From an uncultured Ktedonobacteraceae bacterium (GTDB lineage: Bacteria > Chloroflexota > Ktedonobacteria > Ktedonobacterales > Ktedonobacteraceae): DNA of 64,000 bases. The stretch covers positions 192-64,191 of the forward strand of contig CAXUHF010000016.1 in NCBI GenBank assembly GCA_964250765.1, given 5' to 3'. A program made the translations under genes and the position numbers. Shown piece by piece: positions 47,887 to 55,884 of the stretch. Numbering within the stretch: position 1 is the stretch's first letter; each line of letters starts with the position of its first letter. A model generated the notes under the pieces. It was not told the origin of the DNA and ran no database searches. It saw only the letters and a program-made list of their open reading frames with translations.

Positions 47887-48513
47887 CTATTTTTTTGTCG
47901 CGACAAGGAGTTTAGTAGACCACTCTATAATCGTAAGATGTATGTCTGATCGTTGCTCAAGAGCAGCAATTGTCTGATCCACTCTCGTCGCATGCGCCAT
48001 CTCCTCTTGTGTCATTGGAGGGAGGTAGTGCAGATGGTCAATGACGTAGATCCCTCCTGGTTTGAGCAGTCGAAGTGTTTCGTCAAGGAGAAAATACTTC
48101 CCTGCCGACGTGTCGGCAAAGATGAAGTCGAAAGAGTTCGTCGAATGAGATAGGATGTATGTTTCCGCATCTGCTATGAGAAAAGTAATTCTTTGATCGT
48201 CTCCCAGCGTTTGTATGGCTATTTCGGCAAGTTTCTTACGCTTTTCTACTGTGATCAATCGAGTCGTTGATGGCATACCATCGGCGATCCATGACGTTGC
48301 AATGCCTGTTCCTGCCCCTAGCTCTAACAGCATGCCTTGTGGTTTAGAAGCGACGAGTGTCCTTAAAAGTATTCCTGTTAATGAATCACATTTAGCATCA
48401 GTGAATGAAGGAACCTCTTTTTGTGTTCTTTCAAGAATTTTATGTAACGAAGTAGGAAAACAAAGGACACTTTTATCTTGCATAGCTGTTGTTCTTGCTT
48501 TCATGTTCATCAA
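47887..48513 (-). CDS. Class I SAM-dependent O-methyltransferase (family 3-like)
   Basis: 208 aa. Motifs LLELGAGTGIATSWIA and IFADTSAGKY. Confidence 0.7.
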   Translation of the reverse strand: MMNMKARTTAMQDKSVLCFPTSLHKILERTQKEVPSFTDAKCDSLTGILLRTLVASKPQGMLLELGAGTGIATSWIADGMPSTTRLITVEKRKKLAEIAIQTLGDDQRITFLIADAETYILSHSTNSFDFIFADTSAGKYFLLDETLRLLKPGGIYVIDHLHYLPPMTQEEMAHATRVDQTIAALEQRSDIHLTIIEWSTKLLVATKK

Positions 48514-48816
48514 GAAAAATAACTCGTCAAAGATTTGTTCGTGCTATTGATAATTCTACTCACCATTATATGCATATCTTGTTATGTGTGAAGACAGTAC
48601 CAAGCAACTAGTACTGATCAGGTTGGCTCTAAGTAGTTCTAATAGGTGGTGGAGTGACCCTTGCTCATAGGATGCCTGATATCGGTGGACAAGGCTTGAT
48701 ACATCGTTTTGGTGTACGGAAGCCTCGTCTTAGCAGCTTGATAGAGAGGTGTGGACGTGAAAAGATTATTTGGTATGACGAAAATACTGGAAATGAGTAG
48801 TTGTACCCTGTTCGCT

Positions 48817-48910
48817 TCCTACCCTACCCACGTCCTATGGTAAGCATATCTTGACCTACCTGTCCCCTACCCACATCCTACCCGTACCCAAAAGCTATAG
48901 TGTTTCTATC
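48817..48910 (-). repeat. GGGTAGG-heptamer array A plus 20-nt head
   Basis: Five CCTACC copies on the plus strand, starting at 48818, 48823, 48855, 48866 and 48877. Followed by aaagctatagtgtttctatc, the reverse complement of the head of array B. Confidence 0.8.
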
Positions 48911-49096
48911 AGAACGTGCATGACAGCTTGTACAGGGTACAGGTTTCTTGTTGACACAGAAAGATATGTCTTCTAAGGATCAACAAAGTGCCGTCTGTAA
49001 AAATAACTGCCTCCTGTGCAATTACAGGAGGCAAAGATAAAACTGCTTGTTAAATGTGACGTTTTCTTACAAACACCTAGAGAGATAAGAAGTACG

Positions 49097-49345
49097 ATGA
49101 AGGAAGCTGAACTCACTCCTGCCAAACGAAAGCGATTGCTCAAGTCCTTTGGTTCCTGCCCAGCAGGATATACAACGAAAGAGCTTGAACAGGTACTTGA
49201 TGTGCTCTATGGAATGTACAGCCATGTTTATACTCTCTCCGAAATACGCCAAATCATCGTGAGCGATCCCTTTGATCGTTCCGAAAGCCCACGTCAGATC
49301 AAACTCGTTGATCTTACAGATTGGTTAGAGGCTGTTGTGGCTTGA
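49097..49345 (+). CDS. Hypothetical protein
   Basis: The ORF 49016..49345 has a likely ATG at 49097 (MKEAELTPAKRKR...). No family recognised. Confidence 0.35.
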   Translation: MKEAELTPAKRKRLLKSFGSCPAGYTTKELEQVLDVLYGMYSHVYTLSEIRQIIVSDPFDRSESPRQIKLVDLTDWLEAVVA

Positions 49346-49553
49346 CCAAGCGAGGTAGTTCTACAAATAGCATCAAATAAGAGTTTGTTGAGTTCTATCG
49401 AAAGAAGAGCTAATAACAACTTCATCCCGGTATTCACTTTAAGGAACCTCAACATATCCCAAAGCTACCCGAACTTAAAAACCACGGCTCGGATGAGTAT
49501 CGTTTTGCCTTCGAGCAAAACGAAATTCACCGTTTGTAGGAAGAAAGAGAACT

Positions 49554-51497
49554 GTGGAAGCAACTACTCATACACAATCTCATACTGAGAACACAGTATC
49601 AAATCACTCTGTGGATATTCCGCAGAATGTATTGGGGAGTGCAGCCCCACCGCTTTATGATGGATTCCGCGCACTCTTTGCAGAAACACTTACTGTCTCA
49701 CTTGATAAGGAAGGTATACATACGCGGGCCGTTAGTGAACGTATTAGAAATTGTGCTGCTAGAATGCTGTGCTTTATTAACTTTTGTCTTAAAGCGAATA
49801 GTAAGCCGGAGGAAGGGCTAAAATACTCTCGCCCTGAGTTTCAAGACCTTTTTCGCAATGAGTATAGCTTAGACATCATTGAGGTTGCCCAAGTTCTCAT
49901 TATTTCGTTAGGCTTTGTGTCCCCTCCTTGTCAAGATGGCACAACAGAGCGTGCTTTTAGCTGGAAGATCAACGGAATGAGACTAAGAGAAGCTTTCGAT
50001 TCTGTTGCAGCGACACAAGCATACAAGCGAGTAAAAAAACGCAAGCAGCGTAGTAACCGTTCACATGTAACTCTTGTTTCTACCACTGGAAATAATACAT
50101 CGACAGATGCTTTACAAAAGAAAGGTGAAAACACCTCTCAGATAGATGAACTTTCTCATGACCAGAAGTCCCTTCATGGAAAGAGCGATATCGACGTTTC
50201 GACACAAGGACATCAGGTTGAGGAAGCGAAGACATCTTTTTATGCAAGCAGCGATATAACGGCATGTAATACGAAGATTACTCAGGGAGATGTAGATGCT
50301 TCTGTAGATACCCTCCACCCTCCCTCTAAAAAAGAATATGATGGACTGGAAGAGAACATATCGCCATTAGAGGTGAAAGAAGATGCTCAAAAGTATGACG
50401 TGTCATTTCAGCCTATGCAACCAGAAGCAGTTGTCACTGCTTTCTCAGAAGCTCCTAAATCGCCTGAAACAGTCCTTGCATTCTTCGATCAATTGCGAGG
50501 ATACAGTCTAACAGATGGTTCCTTAAAATTAGCTCAAGAGAAAGCCTATGAGCTTTGCTATGGAAATGAAGAGATTCAACGGCCTGGGTATAGCTTTCTG
50601 GCGATTATGCTTACAGCAGTCTATCTTCTCAAACATGATCCAAAGTGGCAGGAAAACTTCGAGAAATATTGCGGAAGGACGGGTATCCCAGAGGTTTGGT
50701 CCGTCAACAAGTGGATTGGGGCAAAATGGCCCCTTGCAAAGCGTCGATGTCTTAACATCGGTGAATATATCGAACTTGATGATGGAACCCTTCTCTCACA
50801 GGCACAGTATCAGGTCCTCATGAAGCGTGAGCGAGAAGAATGGCGGACTGAACAGGAACGTTGGAGAGATAGCACACTACAGAGTCAAGAGTCCAGCGTG
50901 GAACCTGATGAAAGCGATGTGGTAGTGATAACAACTAGTAGTGAGACGGAGATGCTTGTTCCTGCTCTAGCATCGTCAGAGCAGGAACTGGAGGTAGTAG
51001 ATGGGGGTAAGCCAATTGGCTGGACGAGTGCAACTATCGCTGGCTGGCATGCGAAACGGCTTTCATGGTCGCTCCCACCCTATTTTGTAGTAGAGGTGCA
51101 ACCAATAGATGAGCAAGTTCACTTTGGGATCGTAATAAAAAATGCTTGCCTTGAAGATGATACAGAGATCACTCTCCTCTGCAACAAAGAAGTATGTACC
51201 TTCTTGGAAGTGATACGAGAGGAGCGAACTCGTGAAGGACAGGAAAGTGGCTGGATTGAGGTGGCAATTGCTTACTGGTGGACTGATACACTCCTAAAAA
51301 AACTTCCTTCTGACTGTCTAGTGGAGGTGTGCCTGAATGGTGACCGTTATGTTATCGAAATAGACCGCTTGCCTCAGAATAAAGGATGTATTACACTTGC
51401 CAATAATTCACAGGTAGAAGCATTTCTTCTTGCACTAGCTTCTGATAAAACTGAACAGAAAACGAGGAGAGGAGGTTTAGGGCGTCGAAAGAGATAG
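49554..51497 (+). CDS. Large hypothetical protein (ORFan, acidic central region)
   Basis: 647-aa uninterrupted ORF opening with GTG after AGGAAGAAAGAG. No recognisable motif. Confidence 0.55.
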   Translation: MEATTHTQSHTENTVSNHSVDIPQNVLGSAAPPLYDGFRALFAETLTVSLDKEGIHTRAVSERIRNCAARMLCFINFCLKANSKPEEGLKYSRPEFQDLFRNEYSLDIIEVAQVLIISLGFVSPPCQDGTTERAFSWKINGMRLREAFDSVAATQAYKRVKKRKQRSNRSHVTLVSTTGNNTSTDALQKKGENTSQIDELSHDQKSLHGKSDIDVSTQGHQVEEAKTSFYASSDITACNTKITQGDVDASVDTLHPPSKKEYDGLEENISPLEVKEDAQKYDVSFQPMQPEAVVTAFSEAPKSPETVLAFFDQLRGYSLTDGSLKLAQEKAYELCYGNEEIQRPGYSFLAIMLTAVYLLKHDPKWQENFEKYCGRTGIPEVWSVNKWIGAKWPLAKRRCLNIGEYIELDDGTLLSQAQYQVLMKREREEWRTEQERWRDSTLQSQESSVEPDESDVVVITTSSETEMLVPALASSEQELEVVDGGKPIGWTSATIAGWHAKRLSWSLPPYFVVEVQPIDEQVHFGIVIKNACLEDDTEITLLCNKEVCTFLEVIREERTREGQESGWIEVAIAYWWTDTLLKKLPSDCLVEVCLNGDRYVIEIDRLPQNKGCITLANNSQVEAFLLALASDKTEQKTRRGGLGRRKR

Positions 51498-51822
51498 CAA
51501 CTCTCTAAATTCTTATAGCTGTTGGGATATAAAGCAGGAACATTTAAATAACTGTCGTTGAACGGCTCTTTGATGGGTGTCTCACTTGGAGGCTGTGGAA
51601 GAAGAGATAGGTACTTCAGGAGAGAAAGAACTACGAGGCTTATTAATCGATTGCATATCGTAGAGGAGAGTTTGCTATTGCTCGTCTGTAGTTATAGCAT
51701 GTCTGGCTACAACATAGTGGTTCAAATGAAAAATAGATCGAGGCCACTATACATTCTTAAAAGCTGGAATTGTCGGAATCCTTCTGAATTCACATCTTTT
51801 AGCTAAAATTCAATATATGTTG

Positions 51823-51851
51823 TTTACATTGATATATGTCTATGCTACAAT
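51823..51851 (+). promoter_or_regulatory. Sigma-70-like promoter
   Basis: TTTACA (51823-51828), a 17-nt spacer, then TACAAT (51846-51851), read directly from the sequence. Confidence 0.5.
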
Positions 51852-51857
51852 GAATGC

Positions 51858-51964
51858 AGACATTTTTACTTCATACGATTTGTTCCACCTGTCCCCCAAA
51901 CAGATGTTGAGCAATCCGTAACGCAAGTAGGCATCACTTTCTTTATGTGGTGCCTGCTTTTTTT
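51858..51964 (+). ncRNA. Candidate small RNA (~105 nt) bounded by promoter and intrinsic terminator
   Basis: Begins about 7 nt after the -10 element. Ends at the hairpin GGCATCAC/GTGGTGCC (51930-51954) followed by a run of seven T (51958-51964). There is no SD-preceded ORF inside. Confidence 0.4.
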
Positions 51965-52428
51965 GTTTAGCACCTCGACCAAACAGAAGAATACCTGACT
52001 CTTGGACAGAAGTCAAACAGTTTTTCATCAGGGAAAAATAGTGAGTTTAAATAAATGATGATGTGAGAAACACAGGTCGCGATGCGGTTTATATCTAGTA
52101 AGGGCATAGAGGAGTGAGCAGCTTCGCCAATCATGGGACGATGGCTCCGCAAGATTCAGCGTACCTTGACTTCAAAGCCACTCTTTGCTCCCACAAGCAG
52201 GGGTCTGTTTGTGTTTGCTGGTAGGCCAGAGGTATACCCAGAAGGTAGACTTCTGAACTACTAACTACATAGAGAAACGAGTCAAGAACTTGAATAGTGG
52301 CATCTTTCAAGTGAAAGTTAGAATGAAAAAGCCAAAAAAGTTCCTTTTTCGTTCCAAAGGCAATTCTTCTTGTTCGGTTCGTCGGTCCCCAGCTTGCCTC
52401 TATTGTTGAGCATAAGTAGGAGAAATGT

Positions 52429-52629
52429 ATGAGTGCTAACAAAATCCGTCCATCTCATGGACGCAAAGCACAGGTCCAGAGGCAAGGGAAACTGGAGCGC
52501 ATTATCAAGTTAGTCTTTCGTATGCCGCCCTTCGTAAAGCGACTGCTAGAGTATGCTGTGATAATACTGCTTACCAACCACACGGCGATCACTGACTTGA
52601 TCAACCTGATTAAAGCCATTCGCTCATGA
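52429..52629 (+). CDS. Hypothetical small membrane protein
   Basis: 66 aa. AGGAG SD lies 7 nt upstream of the ATG. Basic N-terminus plus one hydrophobic helix. Followed by a strong terminator hairpin. Confidence 0.4.
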   Translation: MSANKIRPSHGRKAQVQRQGKLERIIKLVFRMPPFVKRLLEYAVIILLTNHTAITDLINLIKAIRS

Positions 52630-52698
52630 AAGCAAAAGGATAGGCACACCATCAACGTTGATGATGCGCCTGCCCGCCTTACTCAACACTTTAAAACA

Positions 52699-52735
52699 GA
52701 AGCACACGTTCATTATTGAGTGAAACGTGTGCTTC
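52699..52735. terminator. Bidirectional intrinsic terminator
   Basis: Perfect 12-bp stem GAAGCACACGTT/AACGTGTGCTTC between convergent genes 52429..52629 (+) and 52762..53352 (-). Flanks are T-rich on both strands. Confidence 0.6.
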
Positions 52736-52761
52736 CAATAATAATTGTTTTCCCTGACCGT

Positions 52762-53352
52762 CTACTGCTGAACACCTCCGACATATTGGGGTGTATCAAG
52801 GACAGCACTATAGGTCTGCCCATCGAATGTTGCCTCAGCAGACACACGCCCTGTGCGACTCCACTTCATCGGAGACCAAGCATCACTACCGTGAATAGAG
52901 CCACTTGACTCCTCAGAATTGAAGTACTCAAAATGTGTTCCGTCTATTGTGTCGCCAATTCCGCTATGCTCAATTACTTTGACAGTAATGGTAGCTTGTC
53001 CCTGGAAGGAGGTTGCATGAGCGAAGTATGTCTGACATGTCGGACTCCAATAAAGGTCAACCTCTGCTGTAGGATTGTTATTGGCATCTTTGAGAACCTG
53101 TGGGAAAAACTTCGTTTGACCGTCGATACAAGCACCACTCCCTAATCCTGGTTTTGCGTGTACTGTAACAGGGTACTGACCATCACAGTTCGAGCCATTC
53201 GAGTTTGCCGCACATGCTCGTGTGTCAAATGCGTTTTGCATTGACACGCTAAGAGCAGAAAGTGCCTGTACTGATGTACCTCGAAACAGAAATGCGCTAC
53301 CTAGACAGAAAAGCAAGAATAGCACTGATGCGAGAATAAAGAGTTGTTTCAT
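52762..53352 (-). CDS. Secreted protein, DUF2690-like
   Basis: Likely start at ATG 53352 (MKQLFILASVLFLLFCLGSAF), which is a signal peptide. The Cys pattern and EVDLYWSPTCQTYFAHA resemble the DUF2690 core. Confidence 0.55.
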   Translation of the reverse strand: MKQLFILASVLFLLFCLGSAFLFRGTSVQALSALSVSMQNAFDTRACAANSNGSNCDGQYPVTVHAKPGLGSGACIDGQTKFFPQVLKDANNNPTAEVDLYWSPTCQTYFAHATSFQGQATITVKVIEHSGIGDTIDGTHFEYFNSEESSGSIHGSDAWSPMKWSRTGRVSAEATFDGQTYSAVLDTPQYVGGVQQ

Positions 53353-53536
53353 GTGTTCTTGAAACCTTTCATTAGAGTCATAGACAAGCATAAGGTGTAC
53401 GAATTTTTACAATTCTTTTTCCATCTGTAAGAGGCTTGAAAACAGAACCATCTGTCATCTGTAGTACATGATTATGCGAGTTTAATTGGCCTTTTCATCA
53501 TGGCCTACTAAGCAGGTATGTCCTCTTACGCACTTG

Positions 53537-53662
53537 GATAAAAACACTATAGCTTGCAAGCACTGGTAGAGCGTGGGTAGGTGGGTGGGTAGGCTAATGG
53601 ATAACGTGGGTAGGTAGGGAGGTAGGACATGGGTAGGTTAAGGGGTAACGCGGGTAGGTAGG
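53537..53662 (+). repeat. GGGTAGG-heptamer array B plus 20-nt head
   Basis: Head ggataaaaacactatagctt, then GGGTAGG copies starting at 53575, 53587, 53608, 53631 and 53652, plus extra GGTAGG copies. Confidence 0.8.
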
Positions 53663-53779
53663 AAAGTATATAGGTTTGCTTATTTAATTGAGATGACTGT
53701 ATACACACGATGAAAAGAAAAAATGGCAAGAGCAACTTGAATTGTCGTTACTCTTGCCAAAAAAGTCTAAAGCTTAGAC

Positions 53780-55456
53780 CTATTTTGAATCGATGGTTTC
53801 CGATTTCTGAGCCGAAAAGCGATAGGCACTTGTTTGCTTTTTTGCATCTGTGACATCATTTTCTGTCTCTCGATCTGGCTTCCAATGACCCTCGCTCTGT
53901 GAACTCATCTTTTCCTTGAATGCGGCATATCTTTGATCAATCATGTCAGTTTTACCGAGTTTCCCAAGTTCTACTACGCAACGCCGTATGGCTCGCTCAG
54001 CTGCACTGACACGTGCCCCATCCCGATTCGCTTTATAGCTAAATTTCAGCTTATTGTCCACACGGCTGTTGATGGCGTACATCGCGTAATCGTTGAAGAG
54101 TTGTGCTGCCCTTCCGATATGATGTCTTCTCTGCTCCTCGTTTTGTTCTGCTGATAAATTACCTGCAAAGAAATTTTTTCCTAGAGCACTTTCGTGAAGA
54201 GCGATCAACCACAGTGCATCAAGATAATAGTCTCGGTACAGTGTATACGGCTCACGCACCCACACGCCAAATTCATCAGGGAATGTTTCTATAAGTTCCT
54301 GCAAGAAGTCTCCTGGGTAAGCCTCGATGAGTTGTTCACAAGCTTGTAATACTTCGACAGGAATGGTGCCATCAAGTTTCTCGTCAAGCAAGCCTTCTTT
54401 TCGTGCTTGTCTTATGATAGTATGATACTGTTCTATTGCTTCAAGGTCGGTGACGCGACACGAAGGGTGAAGTCGATAGAAACCAGACTCGGTACTGAAA
54501 AAGTCAACGGCTTTCTCTGAAAGTACCTCTTGTCCAGCATCCCGATTGAGGTCTGCTACAGCTTTTCTCAGATCATCTCGGAGGAATTTCTTTGCCGCGT
54601 CAAATGCTTCACTCAGTTGCTCCGTGTTCATATCCCGCCGCCGTCCACGACCCAGAACATACGTCAGTAGCTTGTCGCGATCAACAAGCTCGCCTTTTCG
54701 CCAGGCGACATACGCGAGTAAAATGAGACGAATAGCATTTTCGCCACGTCGAAGTCTCACCTCTTTTACAATACCATCTGTTCCATGAAGCTGAACACGT
54801 ACTCTCCTAAGAAGCGAGATGCTTACAAGAGGAGTGGATGTTTGAGCCATGACCGGAGTTTGTACGGTTGGAATAGTACGCATTTGCGGTGAAGGTACAA
54901 TTTTTGTTTTCTCACCGATTAATTCGCCGCTCCCTTCTGTCATATCTTCGTTTGAGAGCCACGACAGATCAGGGGTAGGTGGAATTGGGGTAATTGGTAA
55001 GACAAGTGAGTTGTACTGCTTTGCTTGAGAAGAGTCCTCTAGCTGAAACAAAGGTGGAACCGCAATCGGTTTCTGGGTATATGTCTGTTCTTGTATCATA
55101 CTTTCACCTTTGTAGAGTGAGTATGATACATCACTATTCGATGACTCTTTAGACCGAGAGGGCTGTATGTCCCACTCACTCTGATGTGCTCTTTTTAAGA
55201 ACCGAGAGTCTCCCCATTTCCATAGGATAACCCATACCCATCCGCCGAAGATGAGCAGGCAGAGAATGGGAGAAAAAACCTTGACCAATATTGACGCACG
55301 TATGATGGACGAGAACTGGAAAAATTGTGGGAGTAGTCCCCAGTTAGGGAGAGACAGAAGAAACAATGCAAGAATACCTGTTGCGACCCCGACAGCGACA
55401 GCAATGATCAGACGCATTCGGGCATACGGGGATGACGTATACTCATCAGCAAACAT
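53780..55456 (-). CDS. Membrane-anchored SARP-like protein (2-3 TM helices plus wHTH plus BTAD-like domain)
   Basis: Likely start at ATG 55456 (MFADEY) after GGAAGAGGAAG. N-terminal hydrophobic helices. LRRVRVQLHG...AIRLILLAYVAWRKGELVDRDKLLTYV looks like a wHTH. A helical BTAD-like C-terminus follows. Confidence 0.6.
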   Translation of the reverse strand: MFADEYTSSPYARMRLIIAVAVGVATGILALFLLSLPNWGLLPQFFQFSSIIRASILVKVFSPILCLLIFGGWVWVILWKWGDSRFLKRAHQSEWDIQPSRSKESSNSDVSYSLYKGESMIQEQTYTQKPIAVPPLFQLEDSSQAKQYNSLVLPITPIPPTPDLSWLSNEDMTEGSGELIGEKTKIVPSPQMRTIPTVQTPVMAQTSTPLVSISLLRRVRVQLHGTDGIVKEVRLRRGENAIRLILLAYVAWRKGELVDRDKLLTYVLGRGRRRDMNTEQLSEAFDAAKKFLRDDLRKAVADLNRDAGQEVLSEKAVDFFSTESGFYRLHPSCRVTDLEAIEQYHTIIRQARKEGLLDEKLDGTIPVEVLQACEQLIEAYPGDFLQELIETFPDEFGVWVREPYTLYRDYYLDALWLIALHESALGKNFFAGNLSAEQNEEQRRHHIGRAAQLFNDYAMYAINSRVDNKLKFSYKANRDGARVSAAERAIRRCVVELGKLGKTDMIDQRYAAFKEKMSSQSEGHWKPDRETENDVTDAKKQTSAYRFSAQKSETIDSK

Positions 55457-55884
55457 AAAATCTTCCTCTTCCAAGAGATATGACGATAGATGAATGGTAG
55501 TTTGCTCTCGTAGATTTCACCTTGCCAATCTACCAACCACGCTTGGGCAATGTTATTCCCTTGTGTCTGGATGACACAGAGAAGATACCACTGCACCTTT
55601 TGACTCTGCTATTACATGAAAAAGCAGGAAAAAGTCTACAAGATAGAATTATACAACAAAGACAAACAATAAATGAAGATATGCGTAAAAAATGACGATA
55701 CCATAAACGCTGCTGAAGCTGTTCCTTTCCATTCCTCTTTGTTTACATCCTTTGTCGGTGCGTGTGCTCTCACAATGACTTCTTGCCTGCCTCTTACATC
55801 CCATACTACTTCCACTAGGAACAACTCGTAAAAAATGGTTGAAACGTGCTGACATGTTTTACCCACTGTTGTGAGAAAGAAAAA

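Noticed and set aside
51850-51921. 23-codon ORF (MNADIFTSYDLFHLSPKQMLSNP) inside the sRNA candidate
   Set aside because: Its ATG overlaps the predicted -10 hexamer and so would lie upstream of the predicted TSS. It has no SD. I keep it only as an alternative (leaderless micro-ORF) to be tested.
53547-53735. 62-aa ORF with YPRYPLAYPPTYPR-type repeats, and the similar ORFs 61312..61542 and 61364..61558
   Set aside because: The proline/tyrosine repeats are the translation of the complementary strand of the GGGTAGG arrays. They lie in intergenic positions with no SD.
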